Origin: a virus
Lineage: Duplodnaviria > Caudoviricetes
Length of the DNA: 39,860 bases
Direction: 5' to 3' (one strand)
Virus record (IMG/VR): IMGVR_UViG_3300033407_000053
Span: 1-39,860 of that record
Part shown: positions 1 through 9,154 of the stretch, piece by piece
How the letters are laid out: the number at the start of each line of letters is the position of its first letter
How positions within the stretch are numbered: position 1 is the first letter of the stretch
Position numbers and translations under genes: made by a program
Notes under the pieces: model-generated
Databases searched by the model: none
What the model was told of the DNA's origin: nothing
The model's input: only the letters and a program-made list of their open reading frames with translations

Positions 1-283
1 CGCGCCGGTTCCTCGACCAGCCTCAGCAGCCCGTCGAGCTGGTTACGGCGTTTTCGGGCGGCGCGTTTTTCCTGCCGCCGATGCATCGGCTTACTGCGGG
101 CGTCGGCGTTTCGCCGTCACGCGTTGTCACGCAGCACGGAGCCGCCGCAGCGTTCCCGCTGGGGACGCTAACCACGCAGGATATCCCGTTCAATCCAAAC
201 GGACTGTCCGGAATCACGCTGATCGCAGTGGCGAGATTTGGCGCTTTCGACGGGACCAACCTGCAAGGCCTGCTAACGAACCG
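1..283 (+). repeat. Terminal redundancy, left copy (matches 39578-39860)
   Basis: 283-bp ungapped alignment; 11 substitutions within positions 1-156; positions 157-283 (127 bp) identical. Confidence 0.95.
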
Positions 284-1502
284 GATTACTACAGGCGCCG
301 GCGCGTATTGCCAGTTGACGCGGCGGAATCACTCGTCGGCGCTGCAAAAGCTGCAGTGGATCTATAAGGCGAGCAGCGCGGTATCGGAGGTGAACGTAAG
401 TTTTCCGGACAACAGTTCCCCGCCCGGTGCGATGAATACCGCAGTCGTGACGGCCGGATCGTCGGCGCTGCTCAGGACGTATCTGGATGGCGTCAGAGGC
501 GCATCCACGGCGTGTTCTCCGGTCGCCCTCGCGAATCAACTGACCACGTTTCGCTGTGGAACATACTATTCGAACACGACGTCGAATTCGCTCTCCGCCG
601 ATGTCGCGATGCTGGCGATTCTGCCGTTTGAGATTGAGCCATCCGATGCTGTAGAGATCTCCGCGAATCCGTGGCAGATTTTCCGCGTCCCGGACGAGGT
701 GCTGTATTTCGATCTCGGGGCGGGCGGGGGCGTCACCGGAACAATCTCAGCGGCGGAGTCCGGCAGCGATGCCGCGTCACTGACCGGCAACGTCACCATC
801 TCCGGGACGATCGCAGCAACCGAAGCCGGGGCTGATGTAGCAGCAATGTCGGGCGCCGTGTCGGTGTCCGGAACGCTCGCAGCCGTCGAGACAGGCAGCG
901 ATACGGCCGCATTTACAGGCGACGCGGACAGCGGCATCACCGGCACGCTGGCGGCGACGGAAACCGGTTCCGACTCGGCTGCAATGACCGGCACGGTTGC
1001 GGTGAGCGGAACAATCTCCGCCGCGGAAACGGGGGCCGACACCGCCGCATTCGTGGGCGCCGTTGCCATTGCTGGCGCGTTGGCGGCGACGGAAGCGGGT
1101 AGTGATACGGCAGCGTTTCGCAGCTCCGAGACAGTCGCAGAGCCCGAGCAGCCGGCAGTGTCCGGCGTGGGCGGCGGTGGGTCGGTTTCGTGGTGGCCCG
1201 GCGAGCGAACGCGAACCCGAGAAGAGCGCGACGACGAGCGCAGGCGTCTCGGGATCCTGCCTCCGAAGGTCGCCGCGGTCGTCAAGGCGGTCGCGCAGCA
1301 GGAAGCCGCAAAGCCCGTTCAGCCGCCCGCCGCCGAAGTCAGGCAGGACTTGCGCGAGGGCCTCAAGGCAGTGCGCGCGCAGTACCGCGCCGAGTACCTG
1401 AAGGCGCTCTACGCCGAGATCGAATACCAGCGACTGCAGATGCAGGCGCAGGAAGAAGAGGAAGAGGCCGTCGTGATGCTGATGCTCGCGATGGCTGCAT
1501 AA
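1..1502 (+). CDS. Virion-associated protein with LamG/ConA-like domain, six ~22-aa repeats and charged helical C-terminus; 3' part of a gene that starts at 39559 and crosses the origin (~506 aa)
   Basis: Frame open from position 3 and continuous with the ATG at 39559. LamG-like segment LRTYLDGV...ADVAMLAILPFEIEPSDAVEISANPWQIF; repeats SGT(I/L)AAxE(T/A)GxDxAA. Confidence 0.7.
   Translation, partial: RRFLDQPQQPVELVTAFSGGAFFLPPMHRLTAGVGVSPSRVVTQHGAAAAFPLGTLTTQDIPFNPNGLSGITLIAVARFGAFDGTNLQGLLTNRITTGAGAYCQLTRRNHSSALQKLQWIYKASSAVSEVNVSFPDNSSPPGAMNTAVVTAGSSALLRTYLDGVRGASTACSPVALANQLTTFRCGTYYSNTTSNSLSADVAMLAILPFEIEPSDAVEISANPWQIFRVPDEVLYFDLGAGGGVTGTISAAESGSDAASLTGNVTISGTIAATEAGADVAAMSGAVSVSGTLAAVETGSDTAAFTGDADSGITGTLAATETGSDSAAMTGTVAVSGTISAAETGADTAAFVGAVAIAGALAATEAGSDTAAFRSSETVAEPEQPAVSGVGGGGSVSWWPGERTRTREERDDERRRLGILPPKVAAVVKAVAQQEAAKPVQPPAAEVRQDLREGLKAVRAQYRAEYLKALYAEIEYQRLQMQAQEEEEEAVVMLMLAMAA
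729..1118 (+). repeat. Six degenerate tandem ~66-72 bp coding repeats (GTxxAxExGxDxAA)
   Basis: Visible in the translation of ORF 81..1502. Confidence 0.85.
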
Positions 1503-1546
1503 CGCATCGCGCGGGCGTCTCCGCGCGCAAATCCTTGGAGTAATCC

Positions 1547-2359
1547 ATGACCGAAGAAATTGGCGAAGTCAGCCAAGAAATCGTCACGCCCGCGATCAAC
1601 GAGGGCGAATCGCCGAGCATCCCGGAATCGGCTCCGGACACGAATATCGAGGCGGATGCCGCCGCGCAGCCCGAAGAGGACCACAAAGTCCCCAAGGGGG
1701 TGCAAAAACGCATCGACAGACTGACGCGCGAAAAGTATCGGAAGGACGCGGAAAACGAAATGCTCCGGCGAGAACTGGAGCAGGCCCGATCCCGTCAAGC
1801 CGACGCGCAGCGACAGCCCGCAGAAGGCGCCCCGAAGCCCGAGCAGTTCGCCAGTTATGAGGCGTTCCTCGAAGCCAAGGCAGAATGGAAGGCCGAGCAG
1901 AAAGTCACCGAAGTGCTCAATCGTCAACAGGAGAGCGCCCGGCAACAGACTGCCCAGCAGCGTCAAGCCGAAGCGCAGCAGTCGTGGGACAAGCAGGTTG
2001 ATGCCGCCGTCGAGCTTTACGACGACTTCGAAGAGGTGGCGCTCTCGCCCGACGTGCCCGTATCGAGCGCGATGGCCGAGGCGATCCAGCTCGCCGACAA
2101 GGGTGCGGACGTTCTGTACTACCTCGGCAAGCACCGCGAAGAAGCCGCCAAGATCGCGCGCATGGACCCGCTCCGCGCCGCCGTCGCCATTGGTCGGATC
2201 GAAGCCACCTTGGCCCGTCCGGCCCCGAAGAAGACCACCAGCGCGCCCGCGCCGATCAGTCCTGTAGGGGCTCGTGCTGCCGTGTCGAAAGACCCGGACA
2301 AGCTGAGCGTCGACGAGTGGTTGCGCCAGCGCAATGCAGAGATCAAGGCCCGCCGATAA
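1547..2359 (+). CDS. Capsid scaffolding protein
   Basis: Directly upstream of the coat gene; acidic N-terminus, GVQKRIDRLTRE motif, coiled coil, GGAG RBS. Confidence 0.85.
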   Translation: MTEEIGEVSQEIVTPAINEGESPSIPESAPDTNIEADAAAQPEEDHKVPKGVQKRIDRLTREKYRKDAENEMLRRELEQARSRQADAQRQPAEGAPKPEQFASYEAFLEAKAEWKAEQKVTEVLNRQQESARQQTAQQRQAEAQQSWDKQVDAAVELYDDFEEVALSPDVPVSSAMAEAIQLADKGADVLYYLGKHREEAAKIARMDPLRAAVAIGRIEATLARPAPKKTTSAPAPISPVGARAAVSKDPDKLSVDEWLRQRNAEIKARR

Positions 2360-2370
2360 GCGGGCTTTTT
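2348..2370 (+). terminator. Intrinsic terminator-like hairpin overlapping the scaffold stop codon
   Basis: GCCCGC-cgataa-GCGGGC followed by TTTTT. Confidence 0.55.
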
Positions 2371-2391
2371 CATTTCAAGGAACCGTAAATC

Positions 2392-3621
2392 ATGACTCAA
2401 ACCCTGCTCACTCCGACGATGATCACGCGCGAATCCCAGCGCGTACTTCATCAGAAACTCAATTTCGTCGGCAACGTCAACCGGCAATACGACAGCCGCT
2501 TCGCCCAGTCCGGCGCCAAAATCGGCGAATCGCTCGCCATTCGCCTACCGAACGAATACACCGTGCGCACCGGCAAGGTTCTGGCCGCTCAGGAAACGCA
2601 GGAACAGAGCGTTACCCTGACCGTCGCGACCCAGAAGGGCGTCGACCTGAACTTTTCTTCGGCCGAATTGACGATGAGCCTGGACGACTTTTCGACGCGC
2701 ATCATCGATCCGGCCATGAGCGTGCTTGCGGCCAGCATCGAGGCCGACGCGCTGTCGATGTACAAGGACGTCTTCAACGAGGTGTCCGACGTGGGCGCGG
2801 CGATTGCGCTCGCCGACGTGCTCGAAGTGCAGAAGAAGATGACCGACAACCTCGTGCCGATGGACCCGCGCACGATGCTGCTGACCACGCGCAACAACGT
2901 TGATCTGGTGACCGCATCCTCGACGCTGTTCAACGACCGCACCAAGGTCAGCGAGCAGTACCGCAAGGGGCTCATTGGGAACGACTTCCTCGGTTTCGAC
3001 AACGTCTACCAGAACACCCTGCTGCCGCTGCACACCACCGGATCGGACGACGGCACCGGCGACTATCTGACTGACATTGCGGCGGGCGAGAACAACGGCT
3101 CGGCGGGGCTGCTCAACGTCGACACCGGCGCGGGCTCGTTCAAGAAGGGCGACATCGTCGAGATCGAAAGCCTGTTCGCGGTGCATCCCGAGACCAAGGT
3201 GTCGACCGGCGTGCTCAAGCAGTTCGTTGTCACCTCCGACGCCACTCCGGGCGCGGGCGGCGGCGATCTGGCGCTCAGCCCGTCGATCATCACCTCGGGC
3301 GCGCGCCAGAACGTCACCAACACCCTGGCCGACGGCAAGGCGATCTACAAGCGCGAATCCGACAGCTCGACCGCCATCGCGGCCAATGCCGATTACTACA
3401 TCGGACTGGCGTTCCATAAGGACGCGTTCGCCTTCGCGACCGCCGACCTCGTGATGCCGAAGGGCGTCGATTTCTCGGCGCGCGAGGTCATGGACGGGCT
3501 GTCGGTGCGGCTGGTGCGCCAGTACGACATCAACAACGACAACCTGCCGTGCCGTCTGGACATCCTGTACGGCTACAAGACCCTGCGCGGTCAGCTCGCC
3601 TGCCGTCTCGGCTTCAACTAA
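2392..3621 (+). CDS. Major capsid protein, P22 coat protein (gp5) family
   Basis: 409 aa; VNRQYDSRFAQSGAKIG, QKGVDLNFSSAELT, AFHKDAFAFATADL and CRLDILYG motifs typical of P22-like coats. Confidence 0.93.
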   Translation: MTQTLLTPTMITRESQRVLHQKLNFVGNVNRQYDSRFAQSGAKIGESLAIRLPNEYTVRTGKVLAAQETQEQSVTLTVATQKGVDLNFSSAELTMSLDDFSTRIIDPAMSVLAASIEADALSMYKDVFNEVSDVGAAIALADVLEVQKKMTDNLVPMDPRTMLLTTRNNVDLVTASSTLFNDRTKVSEQYRKGLIGNDFLGFDNVYQNTLLPLHTTGSDDGTGDYLTDIAAGENNGSAGLLNVDTGAGSFKKGDIVEIESLFAVHPETKVSTGVLKQFVVTSDATPGAGGGDLALSPSIITSGARQNVTNTLADGKAIYKRESDSSTAIAANADYYIGLAFHKDAFAFATADLVMPKGVDFSAREVMDGLSVRLVRQYDINNDNLPCRLDILYGYKTLRGQLACRLGFN

Positions 3622-3676
3622 CCGGCACTGACGGGGCTAGACGGCCCCGTCGCCCACCCATCACAGGAGCAACATC

Positions 3677-3928
3677 ATGACTCTCCCCTCCGCATCCGAT
3701 GTGGAATACGTCGGCACCAATGGCGCCGGTGGCGTTGTCGTCGGCCTCACTGCCGCCAAGAAAATCGGCTTCTACGGGCTCGCCCCGACTGCGCAGCGCG
3801 CGTACTCCAGCGCGGTGCACGCCACCTCGGCACTGGCCTCGTCGACCGACTTCGGCGCGACGCAGCTCGCCGCGGTGCATGAGATCCAGAAGACGCTCAT
3901 TGCTTTAGGCATTTGGGCTACGGCGTAA
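3677..3928 (+). CDS. Small head-associated (decoration-like) protein
   Basis: AGGAG RBS; immediately after the coat gene; KKIGFYG motif. Confidence 0.6.
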   Translation: MTLPSASDVEYVGTNGAGGVVVGLTAAKKIGFYGLAPTAQRAYSSAVHATSALASSTDFGATQLAAVHEIQKTLIALGIWATA

Positions 3929-3965
3929 CGGAAACGGCCCCGGCTTCGGCTGGGGCCAATCAACC

Positions 3966-4646
3966 ATGACCAAAAAAGTCGTTTTCTGCATCCCGACGCT
4001 GACGAAGCCGTACCAAGTCACGCTCGACAGCCTGGCCGCGTCCGTGCCGCTGATCGAGGGGGCCGGGTGGGACCATGCAATGGTGTCCGAGGTCGGGTGT
4101 CCGTACATCTCTGTCGCGCGATCGAAAATGCTGCGCAAGGCGATGGACGCGAAGGCCGATGTCGTGGTGTTCATCGACCACGATCTGTCGTGGCGCCCGC
4201 ACGATCTGCTGACGCTCATCGAGACCGATGGCGACGCGATCGCCGGCACCTACCGGTTCAAGCGCGAGCCCGAGGAATACATGGGCGCGCTGTTCGTGCA
4301 GGACGACGGCCGCCCAATAGTGCGCGCAGATGGCTGCATTCGGGCGCAGACGATCCCGGCCGGGTTCCTGAAGATCACCAAGGAAGGCGTCAACACGTTC
4401 ATGGCCGCCTATCCGGAACTGTGCTTCGGCGACCGCTTCGCGCCGTGCGTCGATCTGTTCAACCATGGCGCGCACGACTGGACCTGGTACGGGGAGGATT
4501 ACGCCTTTGCGCGCCGCTGGAATGAGAAGTGCGGCCCGCTGTGGATTGTCCCCGATCTCGATCTCGACCACCACGCAGGCGACACCGCCTATCCCGGCAA
4601 CTTCCACCGTTTTCTGCTCCGCCAGCCCGGCGGAAGCGAGGCATGA
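3966..4646 (+). CDS. GT-A fold (family 2-like) glycosyltransferase
   Basis: N-terminal VVFCIPT strand, FIDHD (DxD) motif, AGFLKI, GEDYAF catalytic-type motif, late His. Confidence 0.8.
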   Translation: MTKKVVFCIPTLTKPYQVTLDSLAASVPLIEGAGWDHAMVSEVGCPYISVARSKMLRKAMDAKADVVVFIDHDLSWRPHDLLTLIETDGDAIAGTYRFKREPEEYMGALFVQDDGRPIVRADGCIRAQTIPAGFLKITKEGVNTFMAAYPELCFGDRFAPCVDLFNHGAHDWTWYGEDYAFARRWNEKCGPLWIVPDLDLDHHAGDTAYPGNFHRFLLRQPGGSEA

Positions 4647-4879
4647 GCATGCAGCGCAAGACATTCCGCCCGCTGACCGCGCACGTCGTCGAAAAGCGCT
4701 TTATCGCCAGCGACGACGCCACGCCGGAAGGCTGGCACGACACGCAAGCGGCTGCGCTCGCCGCATACCAGGGGAATCGCAATGAAGATGCCGTGCAAGG
4801 ACAAGGGCAAGCGCCCGCCGAAGAAGAAGTAGCGAACGCCAAGCCCCGCCGCGGCCGCCCGCTCAAGGTGCCGAAATGA
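4643..4879 (+). CDS. Hypothetical protein with C-terminal RRGRP motif
   Basis: ATGA overlaps at both ends; 78 aa starting MSMQRK. Confidence 0.6.
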   Translation: MSMQRKTFRPLTAHVVEKRFIASDDATPEGWHDTQAAALAAYQGNRNEDAVQGQGQAPAEEEVANAKPRRGRPLKVPK

Positions 4880-5556
4880 CCACGTGGTCGGATGTGATCC
4901 GCCGCTCGCTGCGGCTGACGAAGGTGCTCGCATCGGGCGAGACGCCGGACGCCGCGATGCAGGCCGACGCGCTCGAAGCGCTGAACGACATGCTTGACGC
5001 GTGGCGCAGCGAGTCGCTGATGGTGCATTCGCTGCGCACCGAGTCGTTCGCGCTCACCGGGGCTGCGTCCTACACCATCGGCACCGGCGGCACGTTCAAC
5101 ACGTCGCGCCCGGTCAAGATCGAGGCCGCCTACTGGCGCGACGGCGACATCGACTACCCGATCCGGATCGCGCCCGCGCTGAGTTTCGCGGGCATCGCCG
5201 ACAAGACGACCGAGAGCCACCCGGATTGGCTCTACTACGAGCCGGCGAGCCCGCTCGGAACGATCTTCCTGCACCCGATCCCGACCACGGGCACGTTGAA
5301 GCTCGTCACCTGGACGCCGCTCGCGCAGGTCACGTCCGTGGCTGCTGACGTGGAGCTCCCGCCCGGCTACCGCGAGGCGATCACCTATCAGCTCGCCATG
5401 CGCATCGGCCCCGAGTACGGCATGCCGGTCGCGCCTGAAATCGCAGCCATCGGCGCTGCGGCGAAGAAGGACATCAAGCGCACGAACTTCCGGACGCCGA
5501 TCATGAGCACGGGCCTGACGACCGGCCGGCGCTACGACATCCGGGCGGACGCATGA
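4876..5556 (+). CDS. Head-tail adaptor / packaged DNA stabilization protein (P22 gp4-like)
   Basis: DALEALNDMLDAW and LPPGYREAITYQLAMRI motifs; position after the head genes. Confidence 0.8.
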   Translation: MTTWSDVIRRSLRLTKVLASGETPDAAMQADALEALNDMLDAWRSESLMVHSLRTESFALTGAASYTIGTGGTFNTSRPVKIEAAYWRDGDIDYPIRIAPALSFAGIADKTTESHPDWLYYEPASPLGTIFLHPIPTTGTLKLVTWTPLAQVTSVAADVELPPGYREAITYQLAMRIGPEYGMPVAPEIAAIGAAAKKDIKRTNFRTPIMSTGLTTGRRYDIRADA

Positions 5557-5996
5557 GCGTTATTGCGTGGGACGGCAAAACTATTGCGGCCGACAAGAGT
5601 TCGACTTGTTGCGAAATGCGCGCGCCCGTTACCAAAATCCTCCGCCTGAAATCTGGCGATGTGGTGGCATGGACCGGCGGCCAAGAGCAAGGCATGGCGT
5701 TGGCAGAATGGTACGAAAACGGCGCAGACCGCACCACGTGGCCTGAATTTCAGAAAGGCGACGACTGGACGCGGCTCATTGTTGCATCAAAGGCGGGGGT
5801 TTTTGAGTTCGAGCGACTTCCGTTCCCGCAAAAGATTGAGAGCCCGTTCCGCGCATGGGGATCTGGGAGAGATTTTGCAATGGGGGCGATGGCGATGGGA
5901 GCCGACGCATCTACCGCAGTGATTGTCGCGACGACGTACAACATTCACTGCGGTTGCGGTCTTGATGCGTTCGATATTGTCGAGGGCAACGATTGA
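5553..5996 (+). CDS. Ntn-hydrolase, HslV/proteasome beta-subunit-like protein
   Basis: N-terminus (M)SVIAWDGKTIAAD, TKI lysine, AWGSGRDFAMGAM...A.TAV motif. Confidence 0.7.
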   Translation: MSVIAWDGKTIAADKSSTCCEMRAPVTKILRLKSGDVVAWTGGQEQGMALAEWYENGADRTTWPEFQKGDDWTRLIVASKAGVFEFERLPFPQKIESPFRAWGSGRDFAMGAMAMGADASTAVIVATTYNIHCGCGLDAFDIVEGND

Positions 5997-7399
5997 TGCG
6001 CATCCCGTTCCTCGGCGGCTCCGGCCATGCGCGCAGCGTGTCGGTCAATGCGACCCGTACCGTCAATCTCTATGCCGAGATGGACGCGGAAGGAAAGTCG
6101 CAAATCGCGCTGTACGGCACGCCCGGGCTCGTGCAGTTCGCCACGACGCACGCGGCCGAGGTGCGCGGGCTCTACGAGGCGGCCGGGCGTCTCTTCTCGG
6201 TCGTCGGCAATACCTTCTACGAGGTGTCGTCGGCCGGCGTGGCGACCAACCGCGGCACGCTCACCAGCGTCAACGGTCCTGTCTCGATGGCCGACAATGG
6301 CTTGATGGTGGCGCTTGTAGATGGGGCGAACGGCTACCGATTCACCCTGACTGCGAACGTCTTCGCGCAGATCGCCGACCCGGACTTCCCGGCGGCCGAC
6401 CGCATCGCATTTCAGGACGGCTACTTCATCGTCAATGACGCAGGGACGGGCTCGTTTTTCATCACGAGCCTGTACGGGACCGATGTCGATCCGCTCGACT
6501 TCGCCACGGCCGAAGGGGCGCCGGACCCGCTCATCAGCCTGATCTGCGACCACCGCGAACTGTGGTTGTTCGGCGACGAATCGACGGAAGTGTGGTTCAA
6601 CTCCGGCGCGGTGGACTTCCCCTTCGAGCGCATCAACGGGGCGTTTCTCGAAATGGGTTGCGGCGCCGCGCACTCGGTCGCGAAACTCGACAACTCCGTC
6701 TATTGGCTCACGCAGGACAAGCGTGGCCATGGTCAGGTGGTGCGTGCGCAGGGCTATCAGCCGAAGATCGTCTCCACCCGGGCGGTGGAGTTCGCCATCG
6801 ACGGCTACGCGACGATTTCGGACGCCATCGCCTACACCTACCATCAGGAGGGTCATGCGTTCTACGTGCTGACTTTCCCGACGGCGAACGCGACATGGTG
6901 CCTCGATGTCACGACCGGCCTGTGGCACGAGCGCATGTATTGGGATGGCGCGGAAAACCGCCACCGCGGCAACTGCCATGCGTTCTGCTTCGGGCGGCAT
7001 CTGGTGGGCGACCACGCGAACGGCAAGATTTACGAGCTCGACCTGAGCGCCTACACCGACGACGGCGCCGCACTCCGCGCCATCCGCCGCACGCAGCACC
7101 AGCACGCGCAGGGAAAGCGCCTGTTCTGGAGCGCCCTGCAGATCGACATCGAGGCCGGCGTCGGGCTCGTCACCGGGCAGGGCTCCGACCCGCAGATGAT
7201 GCTGCGCTGGTCGGACGACGGCGGCAAGACGTGGAGCAGCGAGCACTGGCGCGACATGGGCAAGATCGGCGAATACTCGCGCCGCGCCATCTGGCGCCGA
7301 CTCGGGCAGTCGCGCAACCGCGTCTATGAGGTGGCGATCACCGATCCGGTCAAGCGCGTCATCATCGACGCCTGGGCGGACGTGGAGGCGGGACAGTGA
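5996..7399 (+). CDS. Tail hub / packaged DNA stabilization protein (P22 gp10-like)
   Basis: DPLDFATAEGAPD, STEVWFNSG, MLRWSDDGGKTWS and WRRLG motifs. Confidence 0.88.
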   Translation: MRIPFLGGSGHARSVSVNATRTVNLYAEMDAEGKSQIALYGTPGLVQFATTHAAEVRGLYEAAGRLFSVVGNTFYEVSSAGVATNRGTLTSVNGPVSMADNGLMVALVDGANGYRFTLTANVFAQIADPDFPAADRIAFQDGYFIVNDAGTGSFFITSLYGTDVDPLDFATAEGAPDPLISLICDHRELWLFGDESTEVWFNSGAVDFPFERINGAFLEMGCGAAHSVAKLDNSVYWLTQDKRGHGQVVRAQGYQPKIVSTRAVEFAIDGYATISDAIAYTYHQEGHAFYVLTFPTANATWCLDVTTGLWHERMYWDGAENRHRGNCHAFCFGRHLVGDHANGKIYELDLSAYTDDGAALRAIRRTQHQHAQGKRLFWSALQIDIEAGVGLVTGQGSDPQMMLRWSDDGGKTWSSEHWRDMGKIGEYSRRAIWRRLGQSRNRVYEVAITDPVKRVIIDAWADVEAGQ

Positions 7400-8298
7400 C
7401 CACACTCACCCCACCCCCCATCCGCACGCCCATCGAGGCCGCGAACGGGACCATGCATCCGGTGTGGCAACGCTGGTTCATCGACCTGTTCAAGCGGGCG
7501 GGCGGCACCATTGCCACGCCGGTCGATGACCTGGAGCTCGCGCTCAACATGCAGCGCGACGCCATTCCGCTCGACGAGATCGCACAGGACTACGCCGTCA
7601 CCGCGACGCCGGCCGATGCCATCGCGCAGGACTACACGCCGCAGCAGATCATCCAGTCCGCCGATGCGATTGACTGGCTGTGGGCGGGCGTTCGCGACTC
7701 GAAAGAGATTGTTGATGGCGACGCGCTTGCTGTGCAGCGCTCCGACCCGGCGCACAGCGGGTGGAACGACGTACTGGCCGACATCTCGGCCGGTCGCGGA
7801 ATCGGTGTCAATGCGCCGACCTGGGCGACGATCCGAGACGGCATCAAAGCCTACGAGTTCAGCGCGACCGCCATAAACGAGGTGTGGGTCAATCTCCACA
7901 TCCTGCACGACTACCTGTGGGGCTCGAAGGTCTGGCCGCATATCCACTGGACCACGACCGGCACGAATACCGGCGTCGTGCGCTGGGGCATCGAATACAC
8001 CTACGCGCGCGCCTACGGGGTGGAGGCGTTCCCGGCTACGACGACGATCTATCTGGAGCAGGCCGCGAGCGGCACCGCCTACACGCAGATGCTCGCCGAG
8101 CCCGTCGAGGCGGACGGCATTCTGTTGCCGAACTGCGAGCCGGACGGCGTGCTGCTATGTCGGGTGTTCCGGGATGCCGGGCACGCGAACGATACCTGCA
8201 CCGATGGGGCGTTCGCCTTGTTCGCGGACCTGCATTTCCAGTCTGACGGCTACCTCACCAACGAACGCAATCGCGGCTTCACCAAGCGGAGAGTCTGA
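7396..8298 (+). CDS. Tail-associated protein (gp26 needle position) with beta-rich C-terminal domain
   Basis: Synteny after the gp10-like gene; N-terminal PxWQRWF motif. Confidence 0.55.
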   Translation: MTTLTPPPIRTPIEAANGTMHPVWQRWFIDLFKRAGGTIATPVDDLELALNMQRDAIPLDEIAQDYAVTATPADAIAQDYTPQQIIQSADAIDWLWAGVRDSKEIVDGDALAVQRSDPAHSGWNDVLADISAGRGIGVNAPTWATIRDGIKAYEFSATAINEVWVNLHILHDYLWGSKVWPHIHWTTTGTNTGVVRWGIEYTYARAYGVEAFPATTTIYLEQAASGTAYTQMLAEPVEADGILLPNCEPDGVLLCRVFRDAGHANDTCTDGAFALFADLHFQSDGYLTNERNRGFTKRRV

Positions 8299-8300
8299 CC

Positions 8301-8639
8301 ATGGCCCAAGTGGCAAAACGCATCATCCCTGGCTCGCAACTCACCGCGACCGCGGCGACCTATTACACCGCGCCGGCCAACACCAAGTGCGTCGTGAAGC
8401 GCCTGACCTTCACCAACACCGACACCGTGCCGCGCGCGATCACCATCCACCTCGTGCCCTCGGCCGGCTCGGCTGCGGACGCGAACACGATCACCAAGAC
8501 CAAGACCCTGTACCCGGCCGAGACGTGGAGTTGTCCGGATGCAGAGGGGCATGTACTGGAGGCCGGCGGCACGGTGCAAGCGCTAGCCGACGCGGCGACC
8601 GCGGTCACGATCATCGGTAGCGGCGTCGAGATCGTCTAA
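8301..8639 (+). CDS. Putative virion structural protein
   Basis: Beta-rich 112-aa protein within the tail operon; GGAG RBS. Confidence 0.6.
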   Translation: MAQVAKRIIPGSQLTATAATYYTAPANTKCVVKRLTFTNTDTVPRAITIHLVPSAGSAADANTITKTKTLYPAETWSCPDAEGHVLEAGGTVQALADAATAVTIIGSGVEIV

Positions 8640-8641
8640 TC

Positions 8642-9154
8642 ATGATCGCGCTCGCACAAGACCCTCTCGCGACGGCGGAGCGGATGGTGGCGCACGCCCG
8701 GATGCCGGCTCCGTTCGACTTCCAGGGCGCGCTAGCCGCGCCCGGCCCCGACATGCGCGAGAAGATCGACCGGCTCGAAGCGTTCATGTTGCGCGCCCCG
8801 CAAGTCGATATCGAGCCCGTGCATCACTTCGCGCACGGCATCTATGCGCGCGAGATCACCATCAAGGCCGGGACGCTCTTGACCGGCAAGATCCACAAAA
8901 CCGAGCACCTGAACATCGTTTCAAAGGGCCGCATTGCCGTCTGGACCGAAGACGGCGTGAAAGAGGTGGCGGCGCCGTTCACGATGGTGTCACGACCCGG
9001 CACAAAGCGCGTCGGCTACGCGCTGGAAGACACGGTGTGGACGACGATCCACGCCACCGACGAAACCGATCTCGACAAGCTCGAGGTGGAATTGATCGCT
9101 GCGACGCATGACGACGTGCAGATCGAACACACAATGAAGGAGCTTGCGCCATGA
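8642..9154 (+). CDS. Cupin-like domain protein
   Basis: HHFAHGIYAREITIKAG...GKIHKTEHLNIVSKG...VWTTIH pattern. Confidence 0.65.
   Translation: MIALAQDPLATAERMVAHARMPAPFDFQGALAAPGPDMREKIDRLEAFMLRAPQVDIEPVHHFAHGIYAREITIKAGTLLTGKIHKTEHLNIVSKGRIAVWTEDGVKEVAAPFTMVSRPGTKRVGYALEDTVWTTIHATDETDLDKLEVELIAATHDDVQIEHTMKELAP

Noticed and set aside
1-283. Diversity-generating retroelement TR/VR pair
   Set aside because: Substitutions are not adenine-specific and are mostly synonymous, no reverse transcriptase is encoded, and the repeat is explained by circular overlap.
1496-1530. Additional attC starting at GCATAAC after the LamG-like gene
   Set aside because: No L''/L' boxes and no GTTRRRY at a suitable distance.
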